Positions 16,905 to 28,616 of a stretch of 31,897 nucleotides of DNA are shown here, piece after piece. A program made the translations under genes and the position numbers. The notes below the pieces were generated by a model. The model searched no databases. It had not been told where the DNA came from and saw nothing but the letters and a program-made list of their open reading frames with translations. Position 1 is the first letter of the stretch; every line of letters starts with the position of its first letter. The DNA is from a virus (taxonomy: Duplodnaviria; Heunggongvirae; Uroviricota; Caudoviricetes), in IMG/VR virus record IMGVR_UViG_2724679539_000006, positions 1 through 31,897 of that record. The stretch is one strand, 5' to 3'.

Positions 16905-17338
16905 GCAGAGTAACCGCGATTATCTCCGCTCTGGTTATCTGCATCATCGTCTGCCTGTCATGGGCTGTTAATCATTACCGTGATAACGCCATGACCTACA
17001 AAGAGCAGCGCGATAAAGCCACATCCATCATCGCTGATATGCAGAAGCGTCAACGTGATGTAGCAGAACTCGACGCCAGATACACAAAGGAGCTTGCTGA
17101 TGCTAACGCGACTATCGAAAGCCTCCGTGCTGATGTTTCTGCTGGTCGTAAGCGCCTGCAAGTCGCCGCCACCTGTGCAAAGCCAACGACCGGAGCCAGC
17201 AGCATGGGCGATGGAGAAAGCCCAAGACTTACAGCAGATGCTGAACTCAATTATTACCGTCTCAGAAGTGGAATCGACAAGATAACCGCGCAGGTTAACT
17301 ACCTGCAGGAGTACATCAGGACGCAATGCCTTCGATGA
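16901..17338 (+). CDS. Rz: Rz i-spanin
   Basis: N-terminal transmembrane segment [30 protein letters not shown] as in lambda Rz; periplasmic part diverged. Confidence 0.8.
   Translation: MSRVTAIISALVICIIVCLSWAVNHYRDNAMTYKEQRDKATSIIADMQKRQRDVAELDARYTKELADANATIESLRADVSAGRKRLQVAATCAKPTTGASSMGDGESPRLTADAELNYYRLRSGIDKITAQVNYLQEYIRTQCLR
17100..17285 (+). CDS. Rz1: Rz1 o-spanin lipoprotein, embedded in the +1 frame of Rz
   Basis: AAGGAG 7 nt before ATG at 17100; signal peptide with lipobox VSAC, Pro-rich mature part. Confidence 0.65.
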   Translation: MLTRLSKASVLMFLLVVSACKSPPPVQSQRPEPAAWAMEKAQDLQQMLNSIITVSEVESTR

Positions 17339-17512
17339 TAGCGATAATTTTACTCATCATCCTTCACATCTGGCTCTGTAGACAGGGTGGTGATCACTTC
17401 TGGAGTGAATCCAGATTAAACATCTCATTGCTGATGCTTGATATTGAGCATCTTGCGCGCGGTAAGGGGCTGCGTTGAGATAAGAGCCAGTCATTACAAA
17501 TACCAGGATTTA

Positions 17513-17538
17513 GCCTCGCATTCGCGGGGCTTTTTATA
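17513..17538 (+). terminator. intrinsic terminator after the lysis cassette
   Basis: 7-bp stem GCCUCGC/GCGGGGC (one G-U pair), loop AUUC, then UUUUUAUAUC. Confidence 0.5.
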
Positions 17539-17679
17539 TCTGAATTTCACAGCGCATCTCACGCGCATATTAACGAGAGCCTTTCAGTAAGCGAGCCTGA
17601 GAAATGCCGTTATAGGTGGCGACCTCTCTCGGGCGGCTTTTCTGTGAGACAGGCTCACTTTCTAAAAGGTAAAGACGCT

Positions 17680-18198
17680 ATGAATCATCAATTGGCTAAT
17701 CTCGATTTCCGGGACATGGTGGTTGTTTCTGGTGATCGCGTGATCACAACCTCCCGCAAGGTAGCAGCTTACTTCGACAAGCAGCATCACCACATCATTC
17801 AGAAAATCGAAAAGCTAGACTGTTCGGATGAATTTCTAACCAGCAACTTTTCGCGGGTTACCTATGAACACAAGGGTAATCAGTATGTTGAATATGAAAT
17901 TTCCAAAGACGGTGCGATGTACATCATCATGTCGTTTACCGGCAAAAAAGCTGCCGCCATCAAAGAGGCGTTTATCAAAGCATTTAATTGGATGCGTGAC
18001 AGACTGATGGAGATGGCTCACTCATACCAAAGAGAGCACAACGAGTTAATGCTGGAGTTCATGAAGGAAAAGGATGTTGCCAGTATGTCAGGACGCTTGC
18101 TGAACCGCTGGGGCAGGATCAAAAAACCGCAACTCATAGCAAGAATCGAAAGGCTTGAGCAGCAGGCGCAAATATCGATCCCCGGACTGCCAAAGTGA
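17680..18198 (+). CDS. rha: Rha-family phage regulatory protein
   Basis: N-terminus NLDFRDMVVVSGDRVITTSRKVAAYFDKQHHHIIQKIEKL resembles the Rha family; ATG at 17680. Confidence 0.6.
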   Translation: MNHQLANLDFRDMVVVSGDRVITTSRKVAAYFDKQHHHIIQKIEKLDCSDEFLTSNFSRVTYEHKGNQYVEYEISKDGAMYIIMSFTGKKAAAIKEAFIKAFNWMRDRLMEMAHSYQREHNELMLEFMKEKDVASMSGRLLNRWGRIKKPQLIARIERLEQQAQISIPGLPK

Positions 18199-18492
18199 CC
18201 ATTCCAAAGCCCATCTACGGGTGGGCTTGATAATGAAACCGGAATTTATTCTGGGCAACCAGTTACGGCAGTACCGCGAAACAACCCAAGCCAGTAAGTG
18301 GGGAAATAACACTGGCAGCCACTGAAAGATGAACCTCCTGCCTTATGGCAAAAAAGATTCTTTGTGGTGGCGGACTGATGGAAAGACATCGGTTATTGCA
18401 GAGACCATTCAATGAGTGGTCTCGACAATGGCTTATACCCTACACGGGATAACTTAACTGATATCCCTTTTAACGGATAAACGGAGCCAACA

Positions 18493-18735
18493 ATGGCAGA
18501 GATTATTCCCATGACTGAAGAACAGAAATTCCAGTTAGAGATTTACAAGCTGGTCATGAACCAGAACGCAGCCGCAGAAGAAGCATTTCAATTCATTGGC
18601 ACTGACGAGTTGAAGCTTGAGCTATTCAAAATTCACTTCCAGTCAGGCGGCGCTAATTCAGATATCACGATCCGCACATTCGAAGCGGTGCGTAAATCGA
18701 AGGAAGCGTTAGACCTGTTCACTACCGGAGCATGA
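18493..18735 (+). CDS. hypothetical protein (80 aa)
   Basis: ORF with GGAG-containing RBS; immediately upstream of terS; no family recognised. Confidence 0.45.
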   Translation: MAEIIPMTEEQKFQLEIYKLVMNQNAAAEEAFQFIGTDELKLELFKIHFQSGGANSDITIRTFEAVRKSKEALDLFTTGA

Positions 18736-18770
18736 TGCTCAACCTGAAATAACAACTAAGTGAGATGAAT

Positions 18771-19259
18771 ATGGCAGCACCAAAGGGCAACCGATTTTGG
18801 GAGGCCCGCAGTAGTCATGGGCGAAATCCTAAATTCGAATCGCCTGAGGCGCTGTGGGCTGCTTGTTGTGAATACTTCGAGTGGGCTGATGATAACCCGC
18901 TATGGGAGGGTAAGGTATTTTCATATCAGGGAGAAATAATTAAGGCTAATGTCCCTAAGATGCGAGCCATGACTATTTCAGGATTGTGTACCTTCCTTGA
19001 TATCACCAGGCAAACATGGGGAACCTTCCGGTCAATGGAAGGTTTTTCTGACGTCACATCACGAGCGGAAGACATCATCTACGACCAGAAATTCTCTGGC
19101 GCAGCCGCTGACCTTCTCAACGCTAACATCATCGCCCGTGATTTGGGCCTCAAAGAGCAGTCGCAAGTTGAAGACGTGACACCTGATAAGGGAGATCGCG
19201 ATAAGCGACGCTCTCGTATCAAGGAGCTATTCAACCGTGGAACTGGACGCGATTCTTGA
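18771..19259 (+). CDS. 3: terminase small subunit (P22 gp3 type)
   Basis: [44 protein letters not shown]...; 162 aa from ATG 18771, the P22 gp3 length. Confidence 0.8.
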   Translation: MAAPKGNRFWEARSSHGRNPKFESPEALWAACCEYFEWADDNPLWEGKVFSYQGEIIKANVPKMRAMTISGLCTFLDITRQTWGTFRSMEGFSDVTSRAEDIIYDQKFSGAAADLLNANIIARDLGLKEQSQVEDVTPDKGDRDKRRSRIKELFNRGTGRDS

Positions 19260-20736
19260 TAACCTGAGCGACGAAGAGCAAATCGAATTGCTCGAGCTAC
19301 TCGAAGAAGAAGAGAACTACCGGAACACACACCTGCTATATGAATTTACGCCATACAGCAAACAGCGTGAGTTCATCGACGCCGGGCATGACTATCCAGA
19401 GCGATGTTTTATGGCTGGTAACCAGCTTGGTAAGTCATTTACTGGTGCTGCTGAAGTCGCGTTTCACCTTACCGGGCGTTACCCGGGCACAAAAGGCTAT
19501 CCTGCTGATGGTAAATATGGCGGTGAGTGGAAAGGTAAGCGTTTCTATGAGCCTGTTGTCTTCTGGATTGGCGGCGAGACAAACGAGACGGTAACCAAAA
19601 CGACTCAACGCATCCTGTGCGGTCGTATCGAAGAGAATGATGAGCCTGGCTACGGTTCCATACCGAAAGAAGACATCATTAGCTGGAAGAAGTCTCCTTT
19701 CTTTCCGAACCTTGTTGATCATCTTCTGGTTAAGCATCACACGGCTGATGGCGTTGAAGATGGAATTTCAATCTGCTACTTCAAACCATACTCGCAAGGC
19801 CGTGCTCGCTGGCAGGGTGACACAATCCACGGCGTGTGGTTTGACGAAGAACCACCATACAGCATTTATGGTGAAGGCCTTACCCGTACCAACAAATACG
19901 GGCAATTCTCAATTCTGACGTTTACCCCGCTGATGGGGATGTCTGACGTTGTTACCAAGTTCCTGAAGAATCCCAGCAAGTCGCAGAAAGTGGTCAACAT
20001 GACCATCTATGACGCTGAGCACTACACAGACGAACAGAAAGAGCAAATCATCGCATCCTATCCCGAGCATGAGAGAGAGGCGCGTGCTCGCGGTATTCCT
20101 ACGATGGGTAGCGGGCGAATCTTCCAGATACCGGAAGAGACGATTAAGTGTCAGCCGTTCGAGTGTCCTGATCACTTCTACGTAATTGGCGGGATGGATT
20201 TCGGATGGGATCACCCACAGGCGCAGGTTCAGCTTTGGTGGGATAAGGACGCAGACACAATCTACGTTTCACGCGTGTGGAAGGCGAAAGAAAAAACAGC
20301 CGTTCAGGCATGGGGAGCCGTAAAATCATGGGCGCATAAAGTGCCAACCGCATGGCCTCATGACGGAAACCAGCATGAGAAGGGCGGCGGTGAGCAGCTC
20401 AAAGGGCAGTATGCCGACGCTGGTTTTATGATGTTGCAGGAGCATGCGACATGGCCTGATGGCGGTAACGCTGTGGAGCCTGGCATCACTGAATTGCGCG
20501 ACATGATGCTCGATGGTCGCTTCAAAGTATTCAACACCTGTGAGCCATTCTTTGAGGAGTTCCGCCTCTATCACCGTGATGAAAATGGGAAAATCGTCAA
20601 GCTTAACGACGACGTTCTCTCAGCCGTTCGCTATGCATACATGATGCGCCGCTTCGCCAAAATGATGCGCGACATCAAAAAACCAAAAGAGAAAAAGATA
20701 CCAGCCCCAATCAGGCCCATCGCACGGAGAACTTAA
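19237..20736 (+). CDS. 2: terminase large subunit (P22 gp2 type)
   Basis: 499 aa with GTG start after AAGGAG; ATPase and nuclease regions typical of P22-like TerL; overlaps terS 3' end. Confidence 0.9.
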   Translation: MELDAILDNLSDEEQIELLELLEEEENYRNTHLLYEFTPYSKQREFIDAGHDYPERCFMAGNQLGKSFTGAAEVAFHLTGRYPGTKGYPADGKYGGEWKGKRFYEPVVFWIGGETNETVTKTTQRILCGRIEENDEPGYGSIPKEDIISWKKSPFFPNLVDHLLVKHHTADGVEDGISICYFKPYSQGRARWQGDTIHGVWFDEEPPYSIYGEGLTRTNKYGQFSILTFTPLMGMSDVVTKFLKNPSKSQKVVNMTIYDAEHYTDEQKEQIIASYPEHEREARARGIPTMGSGRIFQIPEETIKCQPFECPDHFYVIGGMDFGWDHPQAQVQLWWDKDADTIYVSRVWKAKEKTAVQAWGAVKSWAHKVPTAWPHDGNQHEKGGGEQLKGQYADAGFMMLQEHATWPDGGNAVEPGITELRDMMLDGRFKVFNTCEPFFEEFRLYHRDENGKIVKLNDDVLSAVRYAYMMRRFAKMMRDIKKPKEKKIPAPIRPIARRT

Positions 20737-22902
20737 ATGGCCGACGAAAACAGACTCAATTCCATTCTGTGTAAGTTTGACGCGGACTGGATGGCGAGCG
20801 ATGAAGCCAGAACCGAGGCGACAAATGACCTGTATTTTAGCCGAGTGTCGCAATGGGATGACTGGCTATCAAACTACACCACCCTGCAATATCGCGGACA
20901 ATTCGATGTTGTCCGCCCGGTGGTCAGGAAGTTGGTCGCAGAGATGCGCCGGAACCCTATCGACGTTCTCTTCCGACCAAAAGACGGTGCTAATCCTGAT
21001 GCAGCCGATGTGTTGATGGGGATGTATCGTACTGATATGCGCCATAACACGGCAAAAATTGCCGTTAACGTTGGCGTTCGTGAGCAGATAGAGTCCGGCG
21101 TTGGTGCATGGCGTCTGGTCACGCAGTACGAAGACAACGATCCAACAAGCAACAATCAGGTAATTCGACGCCTGCCAATTCATGAAGCCTGCTCACACGT
21201 CATATGGGACGCCAACAGCAAGCAGATGGATAAGAGCGACGCTAAGCACTGCACGGTGATTAACGCCTTGTCGCGCAATGGCTGGAAAGAGTTCGCAGAG
21301 GATTACGGTATTGATCCGGACACCTTGCCATCTTTCCAGAATCCGAACGATACATGGCTGTTTCCGTGGGTATCGAATGATGTCGTCTACGTCGCTGAGT
21401 ATTACGAGGTCGAAGAGAAGAAAGAGAAAGTCTTCATCTACCGCGACCCGCTGACAGGTGAGCCGGTCAGCTATTACCAGCAGGATATCAAAGACGTCAT
21501 CGACGACCTGGCTAATCGTGGATTCATTAAGGTAGCAGAGCGCAAGGTGAAGCGTCGTCGTGTGTATAAGTCGATCATCACCTGCACGCAGATACTGAAA
21601 GACCGAGAAAAGATAGCCGGAGAGCATATCCCAATCGTTCCAGTATATGGAGAATGGTCATTCGCTGGTGACAAGGAGTGCTACGAGGGAGTGGTAAGGC
21701 TGACGAAAGACGGTCAACGCCTTCGGAACATGATCATGTCGTTCAACGCCGATATTGTTGCTCGTTCACCGAAGAAGAAACCGACCTTCTTCCCTGAGCA
21801 AATCGAAGGCTACGAATACATGTACGGTGGAAATGATGACTATCCGTACTATCTGCAGAACAGGACCGATGAAAACGGTAACGACCTGCCGATTGGTCCA
21901 ATCTCCTACATGGAAAACCCTGAAGTGCCGCAAGCCAACGCTTACATGCTTGAGGCTGCCACCAACGCAGTGAAAGAGGTGGCTAGTCTTGGCGTGGATG
22001 CGCAGGCAGCAAACTCTCAGGTCGCTTTCGATACCGTCAATCAACTGAACATGCGGGCAGATCTTGAGACATACGTGTTTCAGGATAACCTGGCTACTGC
22101 AATGCGACGTGATGGCGAGATTTATGCCTCAATGGTCAACGATATTTATGACGTTCCTCGTCATGTAACGCTGACACTTGAAGATGGAAGCGAGAAAGAC
22201 GTTCAACTCTATGCGCAAGTTGTCGATTATCAGTCCGGCAATGTGGTCACACTCAACGACATTCGTGGTCGCTATGAGTGCTATACGGACGTTGGGCCAT
22301 CCTTCCAGAGCATGAAGGAACAGAATCGCGCAGAGATTCAGGAGTTGCTAACAAAGGTTCCGCAAGGTACTCCAGAGTTCCAGATGCTGATGTTGCAATA
22401 CTTCACGCTGCTTGACGGTAAAGGCGTCGAGATGATGCGAGAGTACGCGAACAAGCAACTGGTGATGATGGGGCTGAAGAAACCAGAAACACCTGAAGAG
22501 TTGGAGATGGTACAACAGGCGCAACAGCAGCCGCAGCAGCCATCAGCAGAGCAAATTCAGGCGCAGGGTATCCTTCTGCAAGGTCAGGCTGAATTGCTCA
22601 AGGCAGAGAACCAACAGGCGCAGATTCAGGTTGAAGCCGCCAAGGTTGAAGCCCAAAACCAACTCAACGCCGCGAAGATTGCAGAAATCTTCAACAATAT
22701 GGACCTCGACAAGCAGGCAGAACTGCGTGAGTACCTCAAGCTCGTAGGTCAATTCCAGCAACAGCGCAGCAAAGATGCTCGTGCTAACGCTGAGCTGCTT
22801 CTTAAAGATGCAGACCAGACTCATTCACAACGCATGGATTTCGCGAATCTTATGCGTCAAGTTCAAATCCCCTCCGGCGGAGTAGCCGAGACACCTCAAT
22901 AA
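20737..22902 (+). CDS. 1: portal protein (P22 gp1 type)
   Basis: 721 aa; Q/E-rich C-terminal coiled-coil region as in the P22 portal barrel. Confidence 0.9.
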   Translation: MADENRLNSILCKFDADWMASDEARTEATNDLYFSRVSQWDDWLSNYTTLQYRGQFDVVRPVVRKLVAEMRRNPIDVLFRPKDGANPDAADVLMGMYRTDMRHNTAKIAVNVGVREQIESGVGAWRLVTQYEDNDPTSNNQVIRRLPIHEACSHVIWDANSKQMDKSDAKHCTVINALSRNGWKEFAEDYGIDPDTLPSFQNPNDTWLFPWVSNDVVYVAEYYEVEEKKEKVFIYRDPLTGEPVSYYQQDIKDVIDDLANRGFIKVAERKVKRRRVYKSIITCTQILKDREKIAGEHIPIVPVYGEWSFAGDKECYEGVVRLTKDGQRLRNMIMSFNADIVARSPKKKPTFFPEQIEGYEYMYGGNDDYPYYLQNRTDENGNDLPIGPISYMENPEVPQANAYMLEAATNAVKEVASLGVDAQAANSQVAFDTVNQLNMRADLETYVFQDNLATAMRRDGEIYASMVNDIYDVPRHVTLTLEDGSEKDVQLYAQVVDYQSGNVVTLNDIRGRYECYTDVGPSFQSMKEQNRAEIQELLTKVPQGTPEFQMLMLQYFTLLDGKGVEMMREYANKQLVMMGLKKPETPEELEMVQQAQQQPQQPSAEQIQAQGILLQGQAELLKAENQQAQIQVEAAKVEAQNQLNAAKIAEIFNNMDLDKQAELREYLKLVGQFQQQRSKDARANAELLLKDADQTHSQRMDFANLMRQVQIPSGGVAETPQ

Positions 22903-22915
22903 GAGAGAGTTAACC

Positions 22916-23827
22916 ATGGACCAAACCACCGACATTCAGGCTTCTGAAGAATTAACCCTGCCCGGCAATCATGCAGCGGCATCTGCTGATGGCTTAGTTG
23001 TCGATAATGCCAACGACATCGCAGGTCAGGAAGAAGGCTTCGAGATTGTCCTGAAAGACGATGAGAAACCAAAACAAGACCCGGCAACTAATGCTGAATT
23101 TGCCCGTCGCCGCATCGAACGCAAACGCCAGCGTGAGCTTGAGCAGCAGATGGAAGCGGTTAAGCGTGGAGAGTTGCCGGAGCACCTGCGGGTGAACCCT
23201 GAGTTACCAAAACAACCAGACCCTAACGATTATCTTTCCGAAGATGCACTGGCTAAGTACGACTATGACCAGAGCCGCGCACTGGCTGCCTTCCAGCAGG
23301 CAAACAGTGAATGGCAGATCAAGGCTATGGACGCACGAAGCCAGGCTGTCGCCGAGCAGGGTCGCAAAACTCAGGAGTTCACCCAGCAATCAGCGCAATA
23401 CGTCGAGGCAGCCCGTAAGCACTACGACGCAGCGGAAAAGCTCAATATCCCTGACTATCAGGAGAAAGAGGATGCATTCATGCAACTGGTGCCGCCAGCA
23501 GTCGGTGCCGACATCATGCGCCTCTTCCCGGAGAAATCCGCTGCTCTCATGTATCACCTTGGTGCTAATCCTGAGAAAACACGCCAGTTGCTGGCGATGG
23601 ACGGGCAATCCGCGCTGATTGAACTCACTCGACTGTCAGAACGTTTAACTCTCAAGCCTCGAGCCAAGCCTGTTTCAGAAGCCCCGTTACCTGATGAACC
23701 AATTCAGGGACACGCTGTTGCTGCAAATATCTCTGCGATTGAAAAGCAGATGGAAGCGGCAGCAAACAAAGGGGATGTAGAGACATACCGCAAGCTCAAG
23801 GCGCAACTGAATAAAGGAATTCGATAA
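22916..23827 (+). CDS. 8: scaffolding protein (P22 gp8 type)
   Basis: 303 aa; C-terminus ...[13 protein letters not shown]...[18 protein letters not shown] resembles the P22 scaffold coat-binding helix-turn-helix. Confidence 0.85.
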   Translation: MDQTTDIQASEELTLPGNHAAASADGLVVDNANDIAGQEEGFEIVLKDDEKPKQDPATNAEFARRRIERKRQRELEQQMEAVKRGELPEHLRVNPELPKQPDPNDYLSEDALAKYDYDQSRALAAFQQANSEWQIKAMDARSQAVAEQGRKTQEFTQQSAQYVEAARKHYDAAEKLNIPDYQEKEDAFMQLVPPAVGADIMRLFPEKSAALMYHLGANPEKTRQLLAMDGQSALIELTRLSERLTLKPRAKPVSEAPLPDEPIQGHAVAANISAIEKQMEAAANKGDVETYRKLKAQLNKGIR

Positions 23828-25122
23828 TGGCATTAAATGAAGGTCAACTGGTCACGTATGCTCTGGATGAAATCATCGAAACCGTCCAGAACCTGACGCC
23901 AATGGCGTCCAAAGTGACAAAATACACCCCTCCGGCAGAATCCATGCAGCGTTCAAGCAACACCGTGTGGATGCCTGTTGAGCAGGAAGCGCCAACCCAG
24001 ACTGGCTGGGATTTAACTGGCAACGCAACCGGGATTCTGGAACTCTCCGTGAAATGCAACATGGGCGATCCGGATAACGATTTCTTCGAGCTTCGTGCAG
24101 ATGACCTGCGTGATGAGCGTTCTTACCGTCGCCGCATCCAGGCATCCGCCAAAAAACTGGCGAATAACATTGAGTCAGCGATTGCCAAACAGGCAACTGA
24201 AATGGGCTCGCTTGTTGTTCACGATACCCGCGCAATTGGTCCATCTACTGGCCTGTCTGGCTGGGATTTTGTGTCTGATGCAGAGCGCCTGATGTTCTCC
24301 CGTGAGCTAAACCGCGATATGGGCATCAGTTACTTCCTGAACCCTGACGATTACCGCAAAGCAGGCCGCAACCTGGTAGATGGCGACATCTTCGGGCGAG
24401 TTCCTGAAGAAGCGTATCGCAACGGTACTATTCAGCGTCAGATTGCTGGCTTTGATGAAATTCTTCGCTCACCGAAACTTCCGGCAGTTACCAAGTCAAC
24501 CGCTACTGGTGTAACTGTTTCTGGTGCGCAGAAGTTTAAGCCGCAGGCATACACCCTTGATACCGATGGTAACAAAGAGAACGTCGATAACCGTGTTGCA
24601 ACGGTGACCGTATCCTCCACCACCGGATTTAAGCGCGGCGACAAAATCAGCTTCACTGGTGTGAAATTCCTGTCTCAGATGGCGAAGAACGTGCTAACTG
24701 ATGATGCGACTTTCTCAATCACCCGTGTGATCGATAGTACTCACATCGAAATCACGCCGAAGCCGATTGCACTTGATGACGCGTCACTGACAAAAGAAGA
24801 GAAGGCTTACGCTAACGTAAACACCTCTCTTGCTGATACCACTCCGGTAAACGTTCTGAACGTGGCAACAACCACCGCTAACGTGTTCTGGGCTGATGAC
24901 TCAATCCGCCTGCTGTCTCAGCCGATCCCGGTAACCCATGAACTGTTTGCTGGTATGAAAACGTCTTCCTTCAGCATTCCTGGTATTGGTGTTAACGGCA
25001 TCTTCGCAACGCAGGGTGATATCAACACTCTGTCTGGTAAGTGCCGTATTGCTGTGTGGTATTCAGCATGTGCTGTACGACCAGAGGCAATTGGTGTTGG
25101 TCTGCCTAACCAGACCGCGTGA
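23827..25122 (+). CDS. 5: major coat protein (P22 gp5 type)
   Basis: 431 aa, [20 protein letters not shown]...; start overlaps the scaffold stop (TAATG). Confidence 0.9.
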   Translation: MALNEGQLVTYALDEIIETVQNLTPMASKVTKYTPPAESMQRSSNTVWMPVEQEAPTQTGWDLTGNATGILELSVKCNMGDPDNDFFELRADDLRDERSYRRRIQASAKKLANNIESAIAKQATEMGSLVVHDTRAIGPSTGLSGWDFVSDAERLMFSRELNRDMGISYFLNPDDYRKAGRNLVDGDIFGRVPEEAYRNGTIQRQIAGFDEILRSPKLPAVTKSTATGVTVSGAQKFKPQAYTLDTDGNKENVDNRVATVTVSSTTGFKRGDKISFTGVKFLSQMAKNVLTDDATFSITRVIDSTHIEITPKPIALDDASLTKEEKAYANVNTSLADTTPVNVLNVATTTANVFWADDSIRLLSQPIPVTHELFAGMKTSSFSIPGIGVNGIFATQGDINTLSGKCRIAVWYSACAVRPEAIGVGLPNQTA

Positions 25123-25127
25123 TAACC

Positions 25128-25155
25128 AGAGGGAGCTTCGGCTCCCTTTTTTATC
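25128..25155 (+). terminator. intrinsic terminator after the coat gene
   Basis: stem AGGGAGC/GCUCCCU with UUCG tetraloop, then U6AU. Confidence 0.6.
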
Positions 25156-25166
25156 TGGAGACAAGC

Positions 25167-25415
25167 ATGACACACATGATCTTTCGTCATGGCGACATGA
25201 AGAAATGGAAAGGCGTTGGATACGACTTTGAAATCGTGAAAGCCGAAGAGCTTCAGGAATATCTGGATGCTGGCTGGTTTGCACATCCTGATGATCTTCT
25301 GAAGGATGTTGCAGAGCCAGAGCCAGAGCCAGAGCCAGAGCCAGAAGAAAAACAGCGTAAAAAGCCTGGTCGAAAACCTAAGGCGGCAGCAGATGAACCT
25401 GACAACGAAGGGTGA
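25167..25415 (+). CDS. hypothetical protein with (EP)5 repeat and basic C-terminal tail
   Basis: GGAG 6 nt before ATG at 25167; [72 protein letters not shown]... Confidence 0.45.
   Translation: MTHMIFRHGDMKKWKGVGYDFEIVKAEELQEYLDAGWFAHPDDLLKDVAEPEPEPEPEPEEKQRKKPGRKPKAAADEPDNEG
25314..25343 (+). repeat. perfect tandem hexanucleotide repeat (GAGCCA)x5
   Basis: direct reading of the sequence; encodes [10 protein letters not shown] in the ORF above. Confidence 0.9.
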
Positions 25416-25893
25416 TTTAGTTCTTGCGGCATTACGTAAGCTCGGTGTGGCATCAAATGCCACGTTAACCGATGTCGAACCGCAGTCCATGGAAGATGGC
25501 GTCAACGACCTTGAAATGATGATGGCTGAATGGCTTGGCGGTGATGTGTCACCTGGTATCAACGTTGGCTACATTTTTGCTGATGCAGATGTCGCTCCAG
25601 ATCCGGGAGATGAGCACGGATTATCAAATAACGCTATAAATGCCGTCATTTTCAACCTTGCCTGCCGCATTGCTCCAGATTATGCGCTGGAAGCGTCAGC
25701 AAAACTTATAACCACTGCCAGATACGGGAAAGAGCGACTCGTCAAACTGTCTGCAATGGACAGAGCAAAAGCCGCTAAATGTAAGTCCGGTTATCCAAAC
25801 CGTATGCCTGTTGGCAGTGGAAACCAGTTGGCGAAGTGGAACGGTTGGAATTACTTCCACCGAAAGGAACCTTGCGATAACGGGAGCGAATAA
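25393..25893 (+). CDS. 4: head completion / tail accessory protein (P22 gp4 type)
   Basis: 166 aa from ATG 25393, the P22 gp4 length; ...[28 protein letters not shown]... resembles gp4. Confidence 0.8.
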   Translation: MNLTTKGDLVLAALRKLGVASNATLTDVEPQSMEDGVNDLEMMMAEWLGGDVSPGINVGYIFADADVAPDPGDEHGLSNNAINAVIFNLACRIAPDYALEASAKLITTARYGKERLVKLSAMDRAKAAKCKSGYPNRMPVGSGNQLAKWNGWNYFHRKEPCDNGSE

Positions 25894-27311
25894 TGCCGAT
25901 TCAGCAACTTCCGCTTATGAAAGGTGTCGGCAAAGACTTTCGAAACGCCGACTATATCGACTATCTGCCAGTGAATATGCTGGCTACACCAAAAGAAATC
26001 CTTAACAGCAGCGGATATCTTCGCTCATTCCCGGGCATTGCCAAACGTTCTGATGTGAACGGTATATCGCGCGGCGTCGAGTACAACATGGCGCAGAGTG
26101 CCGTTTATCGCGTGTGTGGTGGCAAGCTGTACAAAGGCGAAAGCGAAGTCGGTGACGTCTCCGGAAGTGGTCGCGTATCAATGGCGCATGGTCGGACATC
26201 ACAGGCGGTAGGCGTTAATGGTCAACTGGTCGAGTATCGTTATGATGGCACGGTTAAAACAGTCTCAAACTGGCCTACAGACAGCGGATTCACGCAGTAT
26301 GAGTTAGGTTCTGTTCGTGACATTACGCGCTTACGCGGGCGTTATGCGTGGTCAAAAGACGGCACTGATTCATGGTTTATCACTGACCTTGAAGACGAAT
26401 CGCATCCTGACCGCTACAGCGCACAATATCGCGCAGAATCGCAGCCGGACGGTATCCTCGGCATCGGCACATGGCGAGACTTCATCGTCTGCTTTGGTTC
26501 ATCGACGATTGAATATTTCTCCCTGACTGGTGCAACCACCGTTGGTGCAGCTTTGTATGTCGCACAGCCATCACTGATGGTGCAAAAAGGCATCGCCGGG
26601 ACTTACTGCAAAACGCCATTCGCTGATTCTTATGCGTTCATCAGCAATCCGGCAACTGGTGCGCCGTCTGTATACATCATCGGCTCCGGTCAGGTATCAC
26701 CAATCGCTAGCGCGAGCATTGAGAAAATCCTCCGCTCCTACACTGCTGATGAACTGGCTGATGGCGTGATGGAATCGTTGCGATTTGATGCGCATGAGTT
26801 GCTGATTATCCACCTTCCGCGCCATGTTCTCGTGTACGACGCATCTTCAAGTGCCAATGGTCCGCAATGGTGTGTGCTGAAAACAGGCCTGTATGACGAT
26901 GTGTACCGCGCTATCGACTTCATTTACGAAGGCAATCAGATAACGTGCGGCGATAAGCTTGAATCGATGACAGGAAAATTGCAGTTCGATATCAGCAGCC
27001 AGTACGACAAGCAACAGGAACACCTGCTGTTTACTCCGTTGTTCAAAGCAGATAACGCCAGAGTTTTCGACCTTGAAGTTGAATCTTCAACTGGCGTTGC
27101 GCAGTACGCTGACCGCCTGTTCCTATCGGCAACCACTGACGGCATCAATTACGGACGTGAGCAGATGATTGAACAGAATGAACCGTTCGTTTACGACAAA
27201 CGCGTTTTGTGGAAGCGAGTAGGGCGCATCAGGAAAAATGTCGGCTTCAAATTGCGTGTTATCACTAAGTCACCTGTCACTCTGTCAGGCTGCCAGATAA
27301 GGATCGAGTAA
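25893..27311 (+). CDS. 10: tail accessory protein (P22 gp10 type)
   Basis: 472 aa, same length as P22 gp10; TAATG coupling with gp4. Confidence 0.85.
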   Translation: MPIQQLPLMKGVGKDFRNADYIDYLPVNMLATPKEILNSSGYLRSFPGIAKRSDVNGISRGVEYNMAQSAVYRVCGGKLYKGESEVGDVSGSGRVSMAHGRTSQAVGVNGQLVEYRYDGTVKTVSNWPTDSGFTQYELGSVRDITRLRGRYAWSKDGTDSWFITDLEDESHPDRYSAQYRAESQPDGILGIGTWRDFIVCFGSSTIEYFSLTGATTVGAALYVAQPSLMVQKGIAGTYCKTPFADSYAFISNPATGAPSVYIIGSGQVSPIASASIEKILRSYTADELADGVMESLRFDAHELLIIHLPRHVLVYDASSSANGPQWCVLKTGLYDDVYRAIDFIYEGNQITCGDKLESMTGKLQFDISSQYDKQQEHLLFTPLFKADNARVFDLEVESSTGVAQYADRLFLSATTDGINYGREQMIEQNEPFVYDKRVLWKRVGRIRKNVGFKLRVITKSPVTLSGCQIRIE

Positions 27312-28159
27312 TGGCTGATTCGAATCTCAATGTGCCGGTAATCATCCAAGCTACGCGGCTCGACACATCAGTCCTTCCACGCAATATCTTCTCGCAGTCA
27401 TATCTGCTGTACGTTATCGCACAGGGTACTGATGTTGGTAACGTGGCGAACAAGGCCAACGAGGCCGGGCAGGGCGCTTATGACGCACAAGCCAGGAACG
27501 ATGAGCAGGATGTGATTCTGGTCGATCACGAAATTCGACTGGCATCGGCTGAAGCGAAGATACAGGACCACGAAACAAGGATCACTAACGCAGAAGCGGC
27601 GATAGTCGGCCTTGATTCGCGATTAACGACAGCAGAAAACGATATTGATTATCTGACTGATGAAGTTGTCGCCATTCAAAACACGCTTTCAGACCATGAA
27701 GCGCGCATTGATGCTCTGGAGTATGCCACTACTCGCAAAAAGTCAGAGGTTGTTTACTCTGGCGTATCAGTAACAATCCCGACAGCGCCGACCAACCTTG
27801 TTAGCCTGCTGAAAACGCTCACGCCGTCATCCGGCACGTTGGCACCATTCTTCGACACTGTTAACAACAAGATGGTTGTGTTCAACGAGAACAAAACCTT
27901 GTTCTTCAAGCTGTCGATCGTCGGGACGTGGCCCAGCGGAACCGCCAACAGGTCAATGCAGCTAACATTCTCCGGCTCTGTTCCTGATACGCTGGTCAGC
28001 AGTCGTAATGCGGCGACAACAACCGACAACATCCTGTTAGCTACGTTCTTCAGCGTGGATAAAGACGGATTTCTTGCCACAAATGGCAGTACGTTAACCA
28101 TCCAGTCAAATGGTGCGGCGTTTACTGCCACAACCATCAAGATAATCGCGGAGCAGTGA
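27311..28159 (+). CDS. 26: tail needle (gp26 type) with C-terminal knob domain
   Basis: N-terminus [43 protein letters not shown] resembles P22 gp26; 282 aa with a non-coiled-coil C-terminal domain as in the Sf6-type needle. Confidence 0.8.
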   Translation: MADSNLNVPVIIQATRLDTSVLPRNIFSQSYLLYVIAQGTDVGNVANKANEAGQGAYDAQARNDEQDVILVDHEIRLASAEAKIQDHETRITNAEAAIVGLDSRLTTAENDIDYLTDEVVAIQNTLSDHEARIDALEYATTRKKSEVVYSGVSVTIPTAPTNLVSLLKTLTPSSGTLAPFFDTVNNKMVVFNENKTLFFKLSIVGTWPSGTANRSMQLTFSGSVPDTLVSSRNAATTTDNILLATFFSVDKDGFLATNGSTLTIQSNGAAFTATTIKIIAEQ

Positions 28160-28614
28160 TGATTCAGTTCAAACCAACGCGAAACATCGACCTGATCGAA
28201 GCAGTCGGAAATCACCCTGACATTATTGCCGGGAGCAACAACGGTGATGGATACGACTACAAGCCTGAATGCCGTTACTTTGAGGTTAACGTGCACGGTC
28301 AGTTTGGCGGCATTGTTTACTATCAGGAGATTCAGCCGCTGACATTCGATTGCCACGCCATGTACCTGCCAGAGATTCGCGGCTTCAGCAAGGAAATCGG
28401 GCTGGCGTTCTGGCGATACATTCTGACTAACACCACCGTTCAGTGCGTCACATCGTTCGCTGCGCGCAAATTCCGCCACGGTCAGATGTACTGCGCAATG
28501 ATTGGCCTTAAGCGTGTAGGAACCATCAAGAAATACTTCAAAGGCGTGGATGACGTGACTTTTTACAGCGCCACACGCGAAGAACTAATCGACTTCCTGA
28601 ATCACGGGAGATAG
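28159..28614 (+). CDS. 14: gp14-type assembly/ejection-associated protein
   Basis: assigned by synteny (between needle and gp7) and size; ATG 28159 overlaps the needle stop. Confidence 0.55.
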   Translation: MIQFKPTRNIDLIEAVGNHPDIIAGSNNGDGYDYKPECRYFEVNVHGQFGGIVYYQEIQPLTFDCHAMYLPEIRGFSKEIGLAFWRYILTNTTVQCVTSFAARKFRHGQMYCAMIGLKRVGTIKKYFKGVDDVTFYSATREELIDFLNHGR

Positions 28615-28616
28615 CC

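Noticed and set aside
20777-21183. Short ORFs nested in the portal gene on both strands
   Set aside because: Overlap a well-supported structural gene in alternative frames, with no start signals
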